A DNA stretch of 64,000 nucleotides from Candidatus Pyrohabitans jungbluthii (GTDB lineage: Archaea > Hydrothermarchaeota > Hydrothermarchaeia > Hydrothermarchaeales > BMS3B), in the NCBI GenBank assembly GCA_002010065.2, contig MTMD02000008.1, forward strand, positions 1 through 64,000, written 5' to 3'. Position numbers and translations under genes: made by a program. Positions 58,901 to 64,000 of this stretch are shown in pieces (the stretch's first letter is position 1; each line of letters opens with the position of its first letter). The notes below the pieces were generated by a model. That model had not been told where the DNA came from. It searched no databases and saw nothing but the letters and a program-made list of their open reading frames with translations.

Positions 58901-60337
58901 ATGAATATAAAGAGGTTGTTTTCTTTTCTGGCCATACCAGGTCTTAAAACCCTACCAAAAAAAGCGGGAAGGGAGGAGATTGTTGAAGTTAAGGCTGAAA
59001 CCGATGAGGACGTCATGAAGACAACTGCAAGCGTATTAGAAAACATGGGCGAAGCTTTTTACATCACAGATACCAGCCTCAGGATTATACATTTCAATCA
59101 AAAGATTGCAGAACTCCTTGGATATAAGCCCGAGGAGGTAATAGGCAAGTACTGCTATGACATCACCACCTACGTTGGCATTACCCCGGCATGCCACACA
59201 CCCAACTGCTCTTCCGTGGCGGTGTGCGAGGGTAGGGCTGAGATTATCAGAAGGGATGTGAGCCTTCAAACGAGAGACGGTAAGCGGATACCGGTGGAGA
59301 TAAGCACCTCACCAATAATCAATAGCAAGGGTGAGCGCATAGGTGCAGTGAAGCTGGTGAGAGACAAGCGTGATTTAAATGCAGTTATTGATAGCATTGG
59401 CGAAGCTGTAATGGTGATGGATGAAGAGCTGAAGATAACCTACTTTAATCCGGCTGCGGCAAAGCTGGCGAACGTGGATGTGGATGAGGCAATAGGGAAG
59501 TACTGCTACGAAATTCTTCCAGAAGAAGCCTGCCACACGGATGAGTGTCCTGCAAACAGGGTTCTTAAAGAGGGCAAGATAACAATCCAGACAATTAAAA
59601 GATCAAGTGCGGGAGATATACCTGCGGAGATAACCGCCTCGCCCATTAAGAATTCTAAGGGCGAATTTCTTGGAACGGTGGAGATAATAAAGGACCTCAG
59701 AGAGATGAAGGCAATAAAGGAGCTTGTGGAAAAGCTTCAGGAAGCAAGCTCCCACGTATCGGCAGTCTCAGAAGAGCTTGCAGCAAGCAGCGAAGAGATG
59801 ACTGCGAGCTTTGAGCATCTTTCCGAGACCATCGCAACCATAACTAGGGAGACCTTTGAGAACTCCAAGAAGGCAACCTCTGCCTCTGAGGCGATAAAGG
59901 AACTCGCCAGGATAAGCAAGGAGAACTCCGCAAGGGTGGCAGAGGTTGTAAAGGTTATAACAAAAATCGCCGACCAGACGAATCTGCTTGCACTAAACGC
60001 TGCGATAGAAGCGGCGCGCGCAGGTGAGCATGGGCGTGGCTTTGCTGTAGTTGCTGAGGAAGTAAGGAAGCTTGCAGAAAGCTCAGCGAAGGCAGCTGAG
60101 CAGATAGCGGAGATGGTAAGAGAGATGCAGATAGAGACTGAGAAGCGCACTCAGGAGCAGGTGGAGGCTATACTTGAGATCGCCCAGCGCTATGAGAAGA
60201 GCGCCAAGGATATCAACGAGGCCAACATCGCCACAGAGGAGCAGACCGCCAATATGCAGAGTCTCTCAGCTTCGGCGCAAGAACTGGCGAAGCTTGCCAC
60301 CGACCTCCAGGAGCTTGTTGACAAGTTCAACCTGTAG
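58901..60337 (+). CDS. Cytoplasmic methyl-accepting chemotaxis protein with two PAS domains
   Basis: [37 protein letters not shown]; two PAS/PAC units; no TM. Confidence 0.93.
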   Translation: MNIKRLFSFLAIPGLKTLPKKAGREEIVEVKAETDEDVMKTTASVLENMGEAFYITDTSLRIIHFNQKIAELLGYKPEEVIGKYCYDITTYVGITPACHTPNCSSVAVCEGRAEIIRRDVSLQTRDGKRIPVEISTSPIINSKGERIGAVKLVRDKRDLNAVIDSIGEAVMVMDEELKITYFNPAAAKLANVDVDEAIGKYCYEILPEEACHTDECPANRVLKEGKITIQTIKRSSAGDIPAEITASPIKNSKGEFLGTVEIIKDLREMKAIKELVEKLQEASSHVSAVSEELAASSEEMTASFEHLSETIATITRETFENSKKATSASEAIKELARISKENSARVAEVVKVITKIADQTNLLALNAAIEAARAGEHGRGFAVVAEEVRKLAESSAKAAEQIAEMVREMQIETEKRTQEQVEAILEIAQRYEKSAKDINEANIATEEQTANMQSLSASAQELAKLATDLQELVDKFNL

Positions 60338-60346
60338 GGGATAGAA

Positions 60347-60826
60347 ATGAACGAGGCTGAGGAGCTAAAGCTGGTGGTTTTCAAGCTGGGCGATGAGGAG
60401 TACGCTGCAGAGGTTTCACAGGTGAGGGAGATAATAAAGCTTGAACGCATCACAAAGCTACCCCGTGCGCCTGAGTTTGTTGAGGGGATTATAAATCTCA
60501 GAGGACAGCTCACCACAGTACTAAACCTGAGAAAGCTGTTTAACTTGCCGGAGAGCGACGCTCCCAATGCTAGGATAGTGGTGCTCGACCAGGAGGAACC
60601 TACTGGTATAATAGTGGATGCAGTAACAGAGGTACTCAGCCTGACAAAGGATGAGATAGATAAGCCAACAAGAGTTTTCGGGATAGATGCTAGGTTCATA
60701 AAGGGCGTAGGAAAGAAGGACGACAGACTTATAATCATACTCGACCTGGATAAGATTCTAAGCCCAGAAGAGATAGAGCGCGTTCAAGAGGTAAGGGATG
60801 TGCTCCTGCAGGAGGTGAAGGAGTGA
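60347..60826 (+). CDS. cheW: Chemotaxis adaptor CheW
   Basis: VVFKLG.EEYA, GIINLRG, GIIVDAV. Confidence 0.95.
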   Translation: MNEAEELKLVVFKLGDEEYAAEVSQVREIIKLERITKLPRAPEFVEGIINLRGQLTTVLNLRKLFNLPESDAPNARIVVLDQEEPTGIIVDAVTEVLSLTKDEIDKPTRVFGIDARFIKGVGKKDDRLIIILDLDKILSPEEIERVQEVRDVLLQEVKE

Positions 60827-61194
60827 GTCTCAGGGTTTTAATAGCAGACGACGCAGCCTTCATGCGGAATATGCTGAAGAAAATACTGACGCAGGCTGGT
60901 TACGAAGTCGTAGGCGAAGCGAGCACCGGCGTGGAGGCTGTGGAGAAGTACAAGGAGGTAAGGCCAGACATCATGACGATGGACATAGTGATGCCAGAGA
61001 AGGACGGCATAGAGGCGGTGAGGGAGATAATCGAGTATGATCCGAATGCAAAGATAATCATGTGCAGTGCACTTGGGCAGCAGTCCATGATTATTGAAGC
61101 AATTCAGGCAGGTGCCAAGGACTACATTATCAAACCTTTCCAGCCTGCGAAGGTAATTGAAACTATTAAGAAAGTGGTTCACAGAACAAGCTAG
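60823..61194 (+). CDS. cheY: Chemotaxis response regulator CheY
   Basis: DDAAFMR, DIVMP, MCSALGQ, KPF. Confidence 0.95.
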   Translation: MSLRVLIADDAAFMRNMLKKILTQAGYEVVGEASTGVEAVEKYKEVRPDIMTMDIVMPEKDGIEAVREIIEYDPNAKIIMCSALGQQSMIIEAIQAGAKDYIIKPFQPAKVIETIKKVVHRTS

Positions 61195-61203
61195 GATTTA
61201 AAA

Positions 61204-62205
61204 ATGTCGAAAATAAGGGTGCTTGTGGTTGATGATTCTGCGCTGATGAGGCGCGTGCTTACTGACATACTTAATAGTGTTGAAGATATTGAAGTGGTAG
61301 ACACTGCTGAAAGTGGGGAGGAGGCTGTAGAGAAGGTTGGGGAGCTTGCGCCCGATGTAATAATTCTAGATATACTCATGCCTGGAATGGGGGGCCTCGT
61401 TGCTCTCAATACAATTATGAAAACGAGACCAACGCCTGTGATTGTGTTCAGTTCCTATGACAAGCCAGACATAACCCTCGAGTCCCTCGAGAGAGGCGCA
61501 GTAGACTTTGTATCCAAGCCCGTGGGTGACTTAGAGAGGGTTGCCAGCGAACTCATAGAAAAGGTGAGAGTAGCTGCGAGAGTGGACGTGGGCAGGCTGA
61601 AGGAGAGAAAGGCTCCCATAAGAGAATTCAAAATCGTGGTTATTGGCGCCTCCACAGGTGGCCCCCGCGCGCTTGGTGAACTTTTACCCATGCTTCCTGC
61701 TGATTTAACCGCGGCGATTGTGGTTGTGCAGCACATGCCCCCAAAGTTCACCAGTTCGCTTGCGGCGAGGCTTAACAAAGTCTGCGCCCTTGACGTGAAG
61801 GAGGCGGAAGATGGCGAGGTTATCGCACCTGGAAAGGTGTACATCGCACCAGGAGGCTATCACCTCCTTGTTGAAAGGGAAATTGTCAATGGCAGCGAGG
61901 CGTTTCTAATAAAACTTGCCAAAGGAGCAAAGAGAAACAACGTAATACCCTCAATAGACACAACCATGGAATCTGTTGCAAAGGCTGCAGGTAATCGCGC
62001 CATAGGTGTCCTGCTAACCGGGATGGGGCACGACGGCGCTGCTGGAATGAAAGCCATAAGGGATGCAGGAGGTTTTACAATAGCAGAGGACTCCTCCACA
62101 TGCATTGTCTATGGAATGCCAAAAGCTGCTGCAGAACTCGGTGCCGTGAATAAGATTTTACCTCTCCATGACATATCAAAAGAGCTTACCAAGCAGGTGA
62201 CGTAG
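61204..62205 (+). CDS. cheB: Chemotaxis methylesterase CheB
   Basis: Receiver domain plus GASTGG, QHMP, LTGMG.DG. Confidence 0.95.
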   Translation: MSKIRVLVVDDSALMRRVLTDILNSVEDIEVVDTAESGEEAVEKVGELAPDVIILDILMPGMGGLVALNTIMKTRPTPVIVFSSYDKPDITLESLERGAVDFVSKPVGDLERVASELIEKVRVAARVDVGRLKERKAPIREFKIVVIGASTGGPRALGELLPMLPADLTAAIVVVQHMPPKFTSSLAARLNKVCALDVKEAEDGEVIAPGKVYIAPGGYHLLVEREIVNGSEAFLIKLAKGAKRNNVIPSIDTTMESVAKAAGNRAIGVLLTGMGHDGAAGMKAIRDAGGFTIAEDSSTCIVYGMPKAAAELGAVNKILPLHDISKELTKQVT

Positions 62206-62209
62206 GAAA

Positions 62210-64000
62210 ATGAACACTCAGAAGTATATGGACCTCTTCCTCGAGGAAGCAGGAGAACACCTGCAAAACCTGAATCGCCTACTTATTGAGCTTGAGGCAG
62301 ATCCAAGCGATGCAGAAGCAATTAATGAGATTTTCAGATCGGTACACACAATAAAGGGGCTCGCCGCAACTATGGGTTTTGAGAAAATCTCTACGCTCTC
62401 CCACCAGCTTGAAAATCTGATAGAGAGTCTGAAAGAAGCTAAGCGAGCCGAGCCTGAGGTAACAGACCTGCTCTTTGAAGGCATTGACCTCCTGGAGGCT
62501 ATGCTGAAATCTCCACAAGATGGGGAAGAGTTCACTGACCTGGAGTTTTTCCTTGAAAAGGTAAAAAGGGTCAAAAAGGAAGAAAAAATGGAAAGGAAAA
62601 GCCCCTTCCTGGAGCTTATCTCCCCGGGGGCAGGAAAGGCTAACTACGAGCTGAAAATAAGGCTGGAAGAGAGCTGTGCACTGAAATCAGTGCGCGCCTT
62701 CACTGTGCTGAAGAGCCTTGCAGAACTCGGTGACATAACTGCCACATTCCCTGACCCTGAAAAACTAGAAAATGAAGAATTTGGGAAAGGCTTTACGGTA
62801 CGTCTGCGCTCACAGCGAGTTGAGGAAGAAATCAAGAACAAGGTATTAGCCTTGCCTGAAATAGAGGAGGTAGAGGTTAGAAAGCTTAAGGAAAAGGTGC
62901 GAAAAAACCAGAGTATTAGGGTGGGCATAGACACCCTCGACACCCTGATGAATATCACCGGCGAGCTTATTATCAATCGCTCAGTTCTCGAGGAAATTGC
63001 AAAGAAGCATGAGCTGGAAGAACTTAAAGACGCTCTGGAGATGACAAAGAGGCTCACCACTGACCTGCAGTATGTGGTGATGCAGGCAAGGATGGTGCCT
63101 CTGAGCTATGTTTTTAGCACTTTTCCAAGGCTTATAAGAGATATCTCTAAAAAAGAGGGCAAAGAAGTGGATTTCAATATATATGGTGGGGATATCGAGT
63201 TGGACAGAGCTGTTATAGACGAGATCGTTGAGCCAATCGTCCACATTTTAAGAAATGCCGTCTCTCATGGAATTGAGTCTCCAGAAGAAAGGGAGAGGAA
63301 AGGAAAACCGAGGAGAGGCAGGGTGACCCTCTCTGCGGTTAAGGAGAAGGACCACGTTGTGATTTCAGTTGAGGACGACGGAAGTGGCATCGACTTGGAG
63401 AAGGTAAAGGAGACGGCAGTAAACAGAGGGCTTATATCCAGAGAAAAGGCTGCCACGTTGAAGCGCGAGGAGGTTTTAGACCTGCTGTTTCTGCCCGGCT
63501 TCAGCACCGCCAGCGAAGTAACAGAGATTTCTGGAAGAGGCGTTGGGCTGGATGCGGTTAAGAGTCAGATTGAATCCTTGGGCGGTCACATAGAGATTGA
63601 GACATATCAGGGAAAGGGCACAAAGGTTTCTCTGAGGCTGCCAATAACAATGGCAATACTTCAGGCTCTCCTCGTGAGAATAGGCGGCGTAACCTATGGC
63701 GTTCCAATATCCAACGTGCTTCGCGTGCTTGAAAGTACCAGCCTAAGGAAGCTGCACAACAAGCAAGTGATAAAGCTGGATGAGGAGATAATACCTGTGG
63801 TGCATCTGTTCAACGCTAATGAAGAGGGCAGATTTATTGTGGTGCTGGAAAAGGGAAACAAACGCACTGGCGTTACTGTTGATGAAATAGTGGGTATTCA
63901 GGAGGTGGTGCTAAAATCGCTCTCCGGCGCAGCGGCACGCCTTCATGAATTTGCAGGCGGTACCATACTAGGAAATGGAGATGTTGCCCTTATGTTGGAC
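62210..64000 (+). CDS. cheA: Chemotaxis histidine kinase CheA (runs off window end; not in ORF track)
   Basis: MNTQKYMDLFLEEA, IFRSVHTIKG (Hpt), HILRNAVSHG, DDGSG, SGRGVGLD, CheW-like tail. Confidence 0.95.
   Translation, partial: MNTQKYMDLFLEEAGEHLQNLNRLLIELEADPSDAEAINEIFRSVHTIKGLAATMGFEKISTLSHQLENLIESLKEAKRAEPEVTDLLFEGIDLLEAMLKSPQDGEEFTDLEFFLEKVKRVKKEEKMERKSPFLELISPGAGKANYELKIRLEESCALKSVRAFTVLKSLAELGDITATFPDPEKLENEEFGKGFTVRLRSQRVEEEIKNKVLALPEIEEVEVRKLKEKVRKNQSIRVGIDTLDTLMNITGELIINRSVLEEIAKKHELEELKDALEMTKRLTTDLQYVVMQARMVPLSYVFSTFPRLIRDISKKEGKEVDFNIYGGDIELDRAVIDEIVEPIVHILRNAVSHGIESPEERERKGKPRRGRVTLSAVKEKDHVVISVEDDGSGIDLEKVKETAVNRGLISREKAATLKREEVLDLLFLPGFSTASEVTEISGRGVGLDAVKSQIESLGGHIEIETYQGKGTKVSLRLPITMAILQALLVRIGGVTYGVPISNVLRVLESTSLRKLHNKQVIKLDEEIIPVVHLFNANEEGRFIVVLEKGNKRTGVTVDEIVGIQEVVLKSLSGAAARLHEFAGGTILGNGDVALMLD

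Overview
Archaeal chromosome window of roughly 50% GC by eye, euryarchaeal-type. F420 ligase, ACS beta subunit, archaeal PEP carboxylase, ArcS, KEOPS Pcc1 and chemotaxis genes fit an anaerobic thermophile such as Hydrothermarchaeota, but taxonomy is inference only. It holds about 55 CDS: pyrD, a glycan operon with two Wzy-like polymerases, cofE, mtaB, trpCEG-ppcA-aroA', a cobamide completion operon, rps15-recJ-pcc1-serS, amt-glnK, a surface subtilase, RNA ligase with three CBS proteins, FTR1 and a che operon. There are two tRNAs, Leu(TAG) and Gly(TCC). Elements missing from the ORF track but readable in the sequence: eL41/eS32, a box C/D sRNA, a three-hairpin box H/ACA sRNA, a collapsed merA relic, a 43-aa Cys-rich ORF, a Trp-codon uORF, several operators and the truncated cheA. 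Best leads: (1) an AT-rich mosaic island at ~25.6-37.2 kb pairing a ~15-TM receptor fused to a degenerate KaiC-like domain with three flavoenzymes, a Cys-rich peptide and an ABC exporter; (2) an orphan ACS beta subunit with a remodelled A-cluster pocket; (3) an IscS lacking the PLP lysine, paired with TusA; (4) a QueG-like enzyme inside the cobamide operon. No CRISPR array, rRNA gene or transposase was seen. All calls are by eye; no searches were run.
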